Positions 11,901-24,845 of a stretch of 64,000 bases of DNA are shown here, one piece after another (the first letter of the stretch is position 1; each line of letters begins with the position of its first letter). The stretch comes from Balanoglossus misakiensis (Eukaryota; Animalia; Hemichordata), in assembly GCA_040954595.2 (NCBI GenBank), contig CM082593.2, positions 4,481,434 through 4,545,433 of the forward strand, in the 5' to 3' direction. Under the pieces are notes generated by a model. It saw nothing but the letters and a program-made list of their open reading frames with translations. It was not told the DNA's origin and did not search any database. The position numbers and the translations under genes are program-made.

Positions 11901-14900
11901 GCTTCACGATAATAACACCTATACCCAACTTGCTAGTCAAATTATGTGCCCGATAGTATATGAAAATATATCAATTACCGATTTCTACAAACGCTTCTGC
12001 CAGTTAAACATATTTTGACCACAATTCTTGTACACATCTATATGTGTGGCATTGGATCTAATGATAAATGACATTTTATCTTCGTGTCACTGATCACGAC
12101 AAGATATCAAGTAATGTTAACATTTATCATCAGTTTGTTATATATAACTAATTAGTTACTGAAATCCACACTTGATGATTTCAAACTGTAGTCGACTTTG
12201 CTTGTTTGCAATGCCATCTTTAGTCCTGAAAAAAAGTCCACATTCCTTCGCCTAAGCTTGTGAAATTGAGCACACCAAATCCAAAATAATTTCTACCTGG
12301 CTGTGACGAAAACAGTGATTTATGCACTGATGCAAGGCTGTGTTTTGTGAAGCAGAGAGAACAAGTGACAGACATTGATAATCGCACTAAGGTTTTCTTG
12401 CAAAGAGATGCTGTCAACACAAAAATAAAAAAACATGGAAAAAGTTTTGTGTCGTTATCGAAATCCTCCGGCAATAAAGTTAGAACTAGATAAGTTGGGG
12501 CTAATTGCCAATTAAGATCATAATAAATAGGTATATTACGTTTACACTACATGTACTTTATCAGCTTAAAACATACTGGTATTGTAAATTGCGCCTCTCT
12601 GAACCTTGTGATCCGAAATCGAATCTAAACACAGGCAGCTGGCGAGAGATATCATATCTGCCAATTCAGATTCAGATTGATGCACTCACGTCGTTATCTT
12701 CTCTTTATATCTTTCAGACCAAGACCAATTATATCGATACGGCCTGCCTGAGTGACATTGCACTATCTGACTTCATTTCAAGGTTTCCTGAACCAGCGAC
12801 AATTAAGAGTGAGGTCGAACCGATGCTTATATTTTGGCGTCTTCAGAATTATAACCGTCCTGGCTTCTGATTAGGGATTTATTTTTTAACTCTATAAAAT
12901 ATTATTTAAACAAGAGCTTAAGCATTTAATTTTATGGAATAACCAAACACGTCGCAGCTTCTTGTACATAAAAGAAAGCAATGATGCGACTCGCCCAGTC
13001 TATTTGAAATGCATTCACAATATCCCCCCTTTGGCTTGGGTCAAACAAACGCAGTGATGCGAAACTCTTCTTATTTTGTTAAAAATGTATGATCTTGGCA
13101 GCCTACAAAAGGAAACAAAAGTCATTCGTAGTGGCGTGTTTACTCGCATATTCACGTTAGTCTCGTCTTTAATACATGTCAACGAAGCCAACCCAGTCAA
13201 CGGATCTGAGTGACATTCGATAGCGCTGCAGACGGTCCCCGCATTTACCCTCTCGCCAGTGTGTTTCTGCTGGTGACGTCAGGCCGTGGCATCCCCTGCA
13301 TTTAATTCTGCTCTTTTCGTTTGTTTGTGGCTCGTTTTGTTTATAGGCGCCAAACGTTGGGTTTACCCAATGTTTGGCGACTGCCGCTTGGAGTTTTCAC
13401 CGCACCCTGCAACTCTATAGGCCCAACTGCAGCTCGTGGTGACTTTGTCACAAAACCACCGGAGTGTCCAGATCTAAAAAAAACTGACACTTGTCCAAAA
13501 TTCCTGTGAGCATTCCGAAACCAATTTCACATAAAAACCCTTCCAGTCCGACTTGACGTAGTCCACGATATTTAGATTGCTGGATACGATAGTGGTTTGA
13601 CCGAAGCACTCGTCAACAATGCCGACAAAAAGACTTTTGTGGCTGTCATTGAAGTCATACGTGCTAGCCTCCATTGACACATAGTGATGAAGTCTTTCAT
13701 TAGAGGGTTTTTTTCGACAAGCTATTTTAATCTGCATTTAATTTGTTCGATTGGGGTTCTCTTGATTATGACTCTTATAAATTTACAGCGGCCGACATTT
13801 TCTTATGAATTTTATTCCCAGTGGTCCGTCTTCAATTATTAAAATGACATTTTCAGCGGGGTACCAAGTGTTTTTGTTTATAATCACCATATTCTGCGTC
13901 GAAAGGTTAAATTGACAATTTGGGAACACATTTTAGTATTTGACGGTAGTGGGAATGCACAAGTGTTTTAAACTGTCAAAAAATGATCAATTATTATCTG
14001 ACATATCAACCCCAATACAGAATTCAAGATGGCGTCGGTACTATAGCTGGCGGCTGCCAACTCTTGCACATTCAGGTGATGTTATAAAATATTGAAACAA
14101 AGATACTTGATACGAAACGCCAACAAGTGGAGCCGAAACAACGTACCGCCATGAATTCTTTATTTTTTTGGAGTTATTAATACAGTAATACCGTCTCCCA
14201 CTAAAAATAAGACAGTCGAACTATAAACAAGATTCCAACAGCATGAATCGGACATACGCCTCATTCTTTGCTGTTCAGAAAATCTAGATCCGTAAAAAAA
14301 TAAAATCGCAAAGTGTAATTCTATCTGAGGGTACTCAGAAAAACTATTCCAAAACTGGAAATTGCTTGGATTGGTCTCCGAATACCTGGGATTCCAGACA
14401 CTTACATATTCACACACAGAAAGTGAACTCTTAAGAAAGGTGATGGTTTTGACACGAGACGAGAAACTCATTTGCGGATTTTTTAATGACAAGGTTGGGG
14501 CAGGAAGACAGTCACACAACCTTCTAAACTCCAGGCTAACCTAGAATTTTGAATTTCTCAACGGTTCCATTTGGAACACGATAATAAATAATGCTGATAT
14601 AAATCAATTGCTGTTCGACAAAGTAATTTGGCTTTGCTGCGAAGTGTTCAAATTCATTTGGGCCGTGGGACGATTCCGTCGACGCTTAAATTACTCCGTG
14701 TGAAAGTTTAGCGTCAGAATGGCGCACGTGAGGTTGTGTTTGCTGATATTCGTTCACATGATTGCCGGTGTCGTGTGTTCTCTTTGCTTTCGTCACCGCG
14801 TAACAAGTCGTTTATTCTGAGTAAACATTTGCGGACATCTTGGATTTCATTAAATTGACTAGTTTTAGTAATTTTCTAAAGGTTAAACCTATTGTGAGTC

Positions 14901-17900
14901 CATTTATAGGAGCTGATAACATGAACTTCCACGCGACAAATTCAGTTTATAGACATGGATACAACCTGCTTTGAATTCGTGTGGAAAAGGCTGTGTTTCC
15001 CGGGAACAAAAAGCCAATTCCTTGTTAAAAGGATTCCCGTCAGTTTTATTGAAGCTCAGCTTCCATAATTTTGTACTTAATTTCTTGATTCCTGAATAAT
15101 GAGCAATTAGTAAAGCAACACTACGGGGCATGCGTATGAGAAAGCCAGGCTACCAATACTTGTCTTTTTTGACATAGGTACGTCACAGCCAGTACACATA
15201 TTTTTAAGGTAGAAATAACCTTGGAGAACACAATGGAGTTTTTTGTACAACAAAAAACTATTTAATTAAAACCATTAATTTCTGGTGATGAAAAAAATAT
15301 TTCAATAAAAATTATTCAAGTTTTACCCTGCTTGGTCGAGAAGAAGATTGTACAGAGTCCGTGTCAGTCTCGGTCGAGACGAATTTTGCACTGTGTCCGC
15401 GTGCGTGTCTTCAGTCTCACAGTCCACGTTGCGACGTGGTTGTGTCCCGGGCGGGGGTTGTGTGAAGAGTACAGCGTGGCTGTATGAAGAAATTGGCATC
15501 ACAGAGCAGGTACAGAAATCTGTTGACCGCAGTCCGTCCTTTCTCACACCAGACAACGCGGTAAATTTTGTGCAGGGCCAGTCAGTCAGACCCCAAAGTC
15601 CAGAGTCCCCAGTCGTGACATAAGTCAGTTCATAGTGGAATGCTCCTCTCAAGACAATGCGGCATCATGAAGTCTTCCACATGGATTTTGAAAACATGCC
15701 TTTCAACCAGTTACCACCTGGCTAAATAATATTATAATGACCACATTTGAATGCAAGGCCTTTTGTCATGCAGAAGGAAACTATTTCGCTCGACCAAGCG
15801 ACCAAGCGTGCACAACTAAATACGGCGTGAGGTAACAATATTCACATTAATTCTCTTCATCAATGCTTTGCTTTCGCAATGTATAAACAGGGAGGGTATA
15901 TTTCATGCATAATTTATCATTCTTTCTTTCGCTGTCATAGTTGCGCTCAAATTAGTACGGTATAAAGACATAATCCTCCATAGGCTAAATGTATCAGGCG
16001 AGGCAGCAGCCAGACTGGAACTTTCCACGCATAATGGTATTATATGTTTGGTCGTATCTGTTTCACTCTGAGAAGATTTAGATTTAGAGACACGAAAACA
16101 ATCCTTGAACCGCTCACTGCCTTGTGGTTTAATCCTTGAACAACTATAATGCGAGAGTTTAAGTTCAATTTTCTTAGGTGAAGAATATCCCTATGTAGAC
16201 AGTGGGGCCGCAGAACGGGTCAAGAATTTTGGAACACCGAGTCGCTAGCACCCGCGTAATTCAAATCCATATTTATAGCACCACTTTTTGTAATTGCAAA
16301 CCCGGAAAATATCTGAATCATCACTAAAACATTGATTCTTAAAAAAATACGACTCTTTGCTTGAATGCAACCGATAAATGATACCAGGCCGGGAAAGAAA
16401 GAACTTTGCAAAATTATGATTAAAATTTCAAGACTGAAGAGATGCCAACTCGTGATATATATACGTCATCAAAAAGTCAAACATATATGACACAGTTTCA
16501 TTTTATTTTTTACAAATTTATAACATGCTCCATTAACGCATCATTCTATTCATATTGTGAAATTCATTCACCACTAGACCCAATTGAATTAGCAAGATTT
16601 TATTTCTTTATATTTTTACAACCATGGTAATGAAAGCAAAGGGATTCGGAAGTCAATCAAGTGCTTAATATGGATTAGGCTATATAGGCATTGCTATGAA
16701 AGCGTGGAGCGGGTGGCCGGTCTTGACTTGATTAATAAATGAGGGTGGCGGAAGCCGTTGTTTTGGATCAGGGCGGGCCCATATCCGCCTTATCTCATGA
16801 CCCACGGCTTGTGTTATTGTGTCAAAAAACTACAGAGCTGTACCGGTTTCTATATTCCAGAACTTGCCATTCTCCCATGCTTTGTTCTATTAATTTATAC
16901 GCGCTACACCGTCCGTCACGGATCATTATTATGTGCTTGTCTGGTTTAATTTCCCCAATGTGCTTTCTTTTTTTTTGAAATGTCTAAGTTTATGGCAGCT
17001 TGCAAATTTAAAAGATGTGTATATCTTTATCACGTTTTGATTCTCAGCTTGGAGGAGCGTGGTCCGGATGACATTGGAGACGTGAAACAGAACTCCGCAT
17101 CCGAGCACGAGGAATCAAACAGGTGGTTGAAGCTTCGTGCGCCAGATCGTTGGACACCCGTATGTACATTTTCCAATTTCCGCTACCAGATTTCCTGTCT
17201 CGACTATGTGCCCCTATACGCAATTCTTTAAATAACAGTGACTTTTTGCGCCCATAGCTATACGCGGCGTCGTGACTTTCCGAGACCAGACCGACCCGTA
17301 CACGTACTGGTCTGCTTTGATCCCGTGAACGTCTCGGGCGCAACTCGCTCAGAAAACCTCCCTACACTATACTATAGCGTGACGGCGATTCTCAACGCAC
17401 GGACGTGCTACTTTGATAAGGTGTTTATCTTCTTAACATCGCTTAGCTGGCGCTGTAAAGAGACCCTCTGTAAGCTTTACTTATAGAACAAATGGGGTAA
17501 AAAGTCGTCGCCTCTTTTAACAACGGCACGGCCACTTGTGGAATGGCACTGAGATGGAACTAAGTAAAGGGGTGTCTATACAATTCACTGGAGAAACCAT
17601 GGTGTGGTATATAGTCGGGGCCAAAAGGAAAATGTTGCTATTTGTATGGTTGTAACTAGTATACACACTCCTACTCTATTCAAATGAAACCATGCAGAAA
17701 TGCGGTAATTCCATGCTACCGTCGATTTACTCACATCCGGTTTTGACTTAATCAGCATATTTAACTAAAAGGTATCAGCGCAGTTGCTTTAGCGCTGGTG
17801 AGTCTCTCGCGCCACGCCAAATTTATCTTACCGTCTCTTAACACTCTTCTTAAAAAAGCGACTGTGATACTACTTTGCTATTGTGACCTCGCAACCTTCT

Positions 17901-20900
17901 GTCCTGATTGAAAGATTGGGTTTCTGCTTTGAAAAGAGCCTAAACAAAAAGTTGGCCAATTTTGCAAGTAAAATTGGGAGTCCCGGCACAAAACAACTGC
18001 ACGTTCTTTTGTCCGCCTGTTTACAACTCGGTCCGGTGTCAGACACTGAAATCGACACAACTACCTTCCCGACTGTCACATTTGATGATTCATTAGCCGT
18101 CTCCGTATTGTCCTTCGACTTCGCCCCGAAAATACCGAGTGACTGTCTTCAACAAAATGGAGAGCCCCTCGAGTCGCTGCTTGTGTTCCACGGCAAGTCG
18201 AGGCACTCGGGTTGGACTCCATCAAAATGTCTATGCCCGGCGCGCGTACTCAGTCCCGCGTCTTAAACTATACACTTTCATTCTCAGTAACGTGGAATAA
18301 TGAAAACGGTCGATGTCAACAATGCCCACGTCAATAGCTGTCCTTCAGAGGGATAGAAAACACAACGATCGCTGGCGAAAAGTGTGTCCATACTTGCTCT
18401 ACTGGCGATTTACCATGAGGGCAGTAATGTCGAGGTGATAGTATCTTTACACCGATTGTCGGAATTCAATTTCCCGAAAGGAATGAATGAAAGAAACGTT
18501 AGCTGATCACTGACACGTTAACGCGATGCCCGTTGCTATGCCAGCGCCCCTTTTTGCACACTTACCAGTAAGTGTATACATGGCCGCCCCTCGGGCCGTC
18601 ACCTCCCGCCAGCAATAGTTTGATTTTCAATTCAAAGATATAAAGACTTCTATATCAGCGCCACGGTTGTAAACAAACCCAGCGTGTCTTTACTATCCTT
18701 TTAAAACATCTTCTCCCTCTGTCAGTCATTATAATACAAACTTCGCGCTAGAGCAGCGCTCATTCCAAGCATGGCTGAGCTTCGGTGATCAAATGTGACA
18801 TGTCGGTCGCATTGCAGGAGCTACTACATTGTATGAAATTATCCACCCTGGACAAACATTTCCGAACTGAAAATACACTACTTTCGAGAAAAATTCATCA
18901 TTTCTGGAACGATACATCTCAGACGCATACCATGTCTTACTGAAATTTGTTAAGTAAAGGAAGCGATGATGTGCGTAACCTGTGAGTAAAAAAAAAGTAA
19001 TGGTCCAGTGAAACTCACCCGCGGATGAAAACCAGTCTGGCCGCAGAGTCAGGAGAAACCCACTTTGACGAAGGCGAGCAGCGTTGAGGGACACTCGCCC
19101 ATGGAATGAATTCTAACTTGGTCGTGAAAAAAAAAGAACCAAGGAGGTTATAATTACTGAGTAAGATAGAGAGTCTTCAGTCTGATTGGTTTACATTGTT
19201 ACAATAAAAGATGATTGATTGTTTCTTACATCAGGGCTCCCTAGGTCAATCCTTTGGGGTCACTAAGGGAGATTACCAGACCAGGTTATTAAATTCGGCC
19301 CCTGTACCGCATTATACTTTAAAAATTAGAAAGTTGGTGAAACAACTTTGGATGCGGTTGCTCGACCCTTTTGGCTTAAAGATGTACTACCTTCTACACT
19401 GCCTCAAACGAGTATGTTTAAAACCTCTTTAGAATTCAAAATTTGTGTTTAATGACACAAAACACCTTTGATGGGGTTACTGTTCAAATTTACCTTTTTT
19501 GTCTTTTAAACTCAGATTTGGTTCAATGTTTAATATGGTCGTGGATTTGTTGTTGTTGTTGTTGTTGTTTGTGGTGGTGGTGTTCTTAAAGAGTTTCTTA
19601 TACTGCTATTTGTGTATTTTATTTACTCATGATGTGTAACGTACTTATCTTGGGGGAGAAATCGCCTTTGGTGGAGTCTACTTCTGATCATAGAGGTGTG
19701 ACACCAAACAAGGCCATCTCACAGTTTAGACTGCTCACTGGGGAATATGTATTCTAATTCAATGAATAAATTCAACTAGTGATATGCACAGCTGACTCTG
19801 CCTTCAAATGAAACTTAGACAATTTTGAAACTCGAGAATAATAGTCTAAACATCTTTACATTTTAAAATCAATTAAAGTATTTAATCATTTTTGAAAAAC
19901 TAGAGGAAACTAGAAAAAATACCTTCCTTTTTCCATATTTCGATTTTTCAATTAATTGAGTATGTGATTATTTGCTGTCCAAACTGGTCTACTGAAATTC
20001 AGCATTTAAACAAAATTTATGAAAAATTCATAACCATGAAAAATCTGCAAGATTTTATATTTCTTCAAAGAAATGTAACTACGAAAACAAGCATAGTTAC
20101 AGCCCACTGGGTTGTTGAATATATCAATTTAAAAAAATCAAAAATAGAAATGTGCTATTTCGGGGGATCTTTATGGAGAAGATTAGGGCAGAAAATTATC
20201 TGGCAATGTTTTACGTAGAACCGCCAGCCCTGCAATAGATGAGTCTGCAATTCCATTACGGTGTGACTTAATCCCCTGTCTTCTTTCAGACTTTTATAGA
20301 TTCAATTCAGATGCGATTCAGGCGAAATTCAGCACATGCACGACTTTACCCACCGTGATCTCGTGTTCAATAAATTTCTAATTTATAGCAGGACTGGACC
20401 AAAAGTCATTCGCTTCATATTTCTTTTCTATTACAAAGGATTTAGACTATCATTACCACCGTCTAAAGTGGACTTATTCCGGAAAACTATTAATACTGAC
20501 TGGCTGGCTTTATGGAGGTTTAGCACAGCGCCAATGGAGATCATTTCCTCCCGTTAAGCGCAGTGTAAAACTACTGGGGAATTTGTCTTGTATTGATTAA
20601 ACATCAAAAGCTAATGTCAAAACAAGGCATTAATTAAGAGGGTAATAAAACTCTCGGATCTCGAGTTAAATCGTGAATGTTTTGTCTGTGGATGTAGACC
20701 CACGCAAATGCGCGTACGGGAGTGACTTTGCGTGGCGCGTGCAGAGTGCGAGCGTCTGTCGTTGACTGGTTTTCCTCACTGCTATACTTCGATGCTTCGT
20801 TGAACGAATTGTTCGGTGACAAAAAATGGTCGTCTGCTTTCTTTTTGGTCCACTGGTTGACCTCAAGTCTGGCCGTTCAAATGTCCGGCTGCCTGACCAC

Positions 20901-23900
20901 TCAGACATAGCAGATGTGTCTGGGTCACGTTTTATTTGAAAGGCAACCGTGGCCAAATTCTGTGTGCTGTACTGGTGTAGTTGGCAGCTGAAAATGCCAG
21001 TTGGTGTTTGCTTTGTATCGGTTATGAATTTTCCTTTTTTGACGAACATTTGTTTTCTCTAAGTGCAAAGTCATTTTGGAAATAGTTATACACGTTTGTT
21101 ACTTATACTATTGTACTTCGGAACTGTTTGCTTGCTGAGTGTGTTTGGGTATGCAGTCTGCATGTATTAGCGTTAAATATATTCATAAATGCCATGGTTA
21201 CCGTCATATTTGGAGTATCAACACAACTCTCAATTGTGCAGTTGAAGTTGTTGAACATTGAAAATTGAAATCGGGAAAATTAAATGTAATTCAGGAATTG
21301 TATTTATCAAGATTAACAGGTAGTGTTGTTCTCACATTATAACTTAGATGTCAAACGGAAATCTTTGTATGGGAAACAAAACAAAACAAAACAAACACAC
21401 TCAGACACTGAAAAGGATAGTCACAGCTAAAGAACCTCAACACAATAAAACAGCAATGCCCAAAACAGAAAGCCAGAATATTGTGTAAATTGATTGCTTC
21501 GACACAATATGAAATATTCATCCGGTCGGTCTTACTAGAATAGGTTTATGAATATTCAATGAGTTTAACAAGGAAATATAATGCATGATGATTTGAAATT
21601 CACCAGGATTAAGGTAATGCCACAACAGGTTATCTTCTGCAGACAGTCAGGAATCAGGTAATAAGCTAGAACAACAAAAACATCCGTGCATAATTTTTAC
21701 GAATTCTAAATTTTCAAAAGACGACAATATTTGTGATGTTTTCAAAGATGTATGTGCTTTTCGCATTTATTGTATTTGTTTAATTACCTACGTCATTTCC
21801 GTCATTGAGTTTTAGTTAGTGAAATTCAGTAGACAAAAATAATCGAGTTGTTTTTGTCTGCCAACGTTTAAATAATAATCAGCCAACGCCAAGGGTAAGA
21901 ATATGACGTCATGCTGTAATTTGAATATTGGCCTGTAGGCAGATGGCTCTACCTCGTTAGTTTATTTGTTGATGGCTGTTTTATTGCGGACGTTTCGATG
22001 TAGAGACTGAATTTATATTGCAACATAAGAGGGATAAAACGTCCAACAAAGAAGAACGGTGCATTTTTGCGTTGTCGTAATAACACTTCTTAGATGAATG
22101 TCATTAGGAAGCAACAACACCTAATTACGCTAATGAAACGATGAACGATGCTAAATAAATAATGAGTGTTTCAAAGCGATTGGAAACAGGACTGCGACGA
22201 TTATTATTATGGTCGCAGCGAGATCTCTGGGGTGTACAGTGTAAACAAGGCGTGTACATTTCCTATTCCCATAGCCAATGTACTAGGCAACCACTATCGT
22301 AAATTTACACCATTTTAATCTTCCACAGCGCACATTGATTCTCTGGAAGCAGAAATTCGCTGCTGACAATAACCATTTTTTTATTTCAACAAATTAATTC
22401 AATATTTTGTGATAAACGTAACATTTTATTCAATAATGATCTTTGGAAGTGTCTTTATGTAGTTTACAATGCGTGAACATTTTATTTGAAACGTAATTCA
22501 AGTGAATTCAGCTTTCATTCCCCCCAAACAATACGACGGCAGGTTGGAATTTTGTTGTAATCGAATTTTAAAATTTCATAACTTCGATTTCAATGAAACA
22601 CGGTCTCACAGTATACTCAAGGCGCCGCGTGTACAAACGTGACATGCGACTCAGCTGGGCTACTTGGCAAACCGACGACAATAAACATGACTCTTGGTAT
22701 GTCCCCAACTTCCGAGTCGTCTCTATCATTCTCACTTGAACTACTCGCATGTCTGTGAATTTCAAACGTTTATCCCCCGCGGGGGCCAATGAAATAAACG
22801 CAAAGTAGAAAGAGAGAAGGTTAGAAGCCTAGATTGTCCGTCCTAATTATGAATACGCACGCAGGGTGTCGAACGGGGTTCCAAGCGTAAAGAATACAAA
22901 ATCGCTGGATTAGAACCCTAATCAGTCACTCAGTCATAATCGCAATGTTATTATATTAGCACTCGGAGTAACGAGCTGAAATTAGCTAATTGTTCTATGG
23001 TTCTATGAGAGAATCTTCCTCGTCAAGCGGAACGGTTCCGATGCTGACTGAACTGACGATAATCATGAGCATGAATATTACGATTCCGCGCTACAATAAA
23101 AGTTTTCTTTTGCGTCGATACAGCCAAGTTTATCGCTACGGGCACGCGTTTGTATTTTGAATTCTACGCACAAAACACGGACGAAACACTTCAATATATA
23201 TAAAACACTGAAATAAGTATATTACACGATTTATTCAAATTATTGGATGTGTCTCTCAGTTGATATGTTGCGTGACCTACGTGGATTTCTATGAAATATT
23301 CATTGGTGGGTTATTTTGTTCAACTTCAATTTTCCGTGACGTTTGAACTTTGTGTATCTTTGCACATGAAAAATAGAAACGCGTGCAAATAATAGCGCAG
23401 CAATATTGACGACTTTCACAAAGATATTTTATTTTTATTATTTTTTATAAAGCGTGTCTGCATGATCGATTACACGACGGATTGCCCGTTCATTTTGATC
23501 AGTGATCAGGCTTTGCAGTACCTGAAATGAATGAATGAAAGAAAACAAAATAAATCTCATCTTTTGTGCGTTTTATCCATATTTTCGCTTTGCTTCTGTA
23601 TTCATTCACATTGCAAAGAAGAAAATTTTGAGATTCTCAGACGGGGAGAGCAAGCAACGCCTGGCTGGCTGCAAAAACCAACAAGCGAATAACACATTGC
23701 ACCGATGGTCCAGTGCGTGTCTATTCAGCCTAAAAGATATCAATTGGAAATGGCCGCAGCAGATACACGGCGGTCTTGACTCTATTGTCTTCTGTTGGTA
23801 TTTCTTGGTCCCTACAGCGTCAACAGCCGGAAAATGTCATAATTATACAGACGGTGTATGGACTTATGGGCATTGTGGCCGGGGCTGTGATGCAACGATT

Positions 23901-24775
23901 TAATTGGGCCACGAAGAATAGAGGAAATGGGGTGTAGACGTTGTTAGGGACGGACCAGGAGGGTGTAGTCTACTAAAACCAATGGTCCAAAACATTAGCG
24001 ACTAAACCCCCAACACATGTCGCGACACAATGTTGAACATTGTGTTGTAGAAGTGCATCAAAGAAGGGAACGGTGGTCCGTCTTGGCGCAACACAACGGC
24101 GCTCGACCGGGTGGGAAGGACCAGGTACTTGTCGCCAATCAAATGTGCGTGTAGTCTTGCAATTTTCTGTCGGCGTCGGATCGTCAGCGCTGACAACCGC
24201 CCGTGGCGTGTCCGCCGTGCCTTCCTGTCCTGCAACCACCTCTTTCCAGAAAGTGTGTTTGGGTGAAGAAGCTGACGCGGTAAACAAGGTGGCACACGAC
24301 AACAATCGCCATGGACCACGGGGGTATTTAGGCGCCTGTTATTTCACCGCAAGGCAACTCTGTTTGCTTGGAAATGTATTATTAATAAGCAACCAAGAAT
24401 TTGATTCCGACGCAAGATGATTATCAGTTCTTGGAGTTCATCAATTTGCAAGCAATCCTTTCTCTGAAAGCAGTGTTATTAATGGGCTGATTCCACTTAA
24501 TTCAATGTGTTTAATGTATTGTGAGAAAAAATAATTTCCCAGACGGAATGCTGAATTTTCGGACGTTTTTTTTTTCGGAAATATTATGCGGTCTACTTAT
24601 GGACGTAATTTTCGTACATCCCTTTGTCAATATTATAGGCAGCTATGATGTATTGTATAATTTCTAACATGATTAAAAAATAGTTCACTGCACTTTATAT
24701 TCACGTTTGGTCTGAACTCAGCGTATACCATGTTGAAATTCAATTCTTTATGAACACATCCATAGTATCAGTGAC

Positions 24776-24845
24776 AGACTGGCTGGACGGACGGACGGAC
24801 GGATGGATGGATGGATGGATAGATGGATGGATTGGATTGGATTGG
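24776..24845. repeat. Compound (GGAC)n(GGAT)n(GGATT)n microsatellite
   Basis: ggacggacggacggacggatggatggatggatggatagatggatgggattggattggattgg read directly. Confidence 0.85.

Noticed and set aside
13474-14544. Short protein-looking ORFs (13474-13737 minus; 14160-14544 both strands)
   Set aside because: They have no recognisable motif or exon boundaries. They might be decayed TE coding sequence, but I cannot support that.
15204-15660. TTAAGGTAGAA start resembling a Kolobok left end followed by a GC-rich block
   Set aside because: I found no matching right TIR or TTAA TSD nearby.
23535-24420. Overlapping 105-126 aa ORFs in a GC-rich patch
   Set aside because: Open frames on both strands reflect local GC content, and there is no domain signal.
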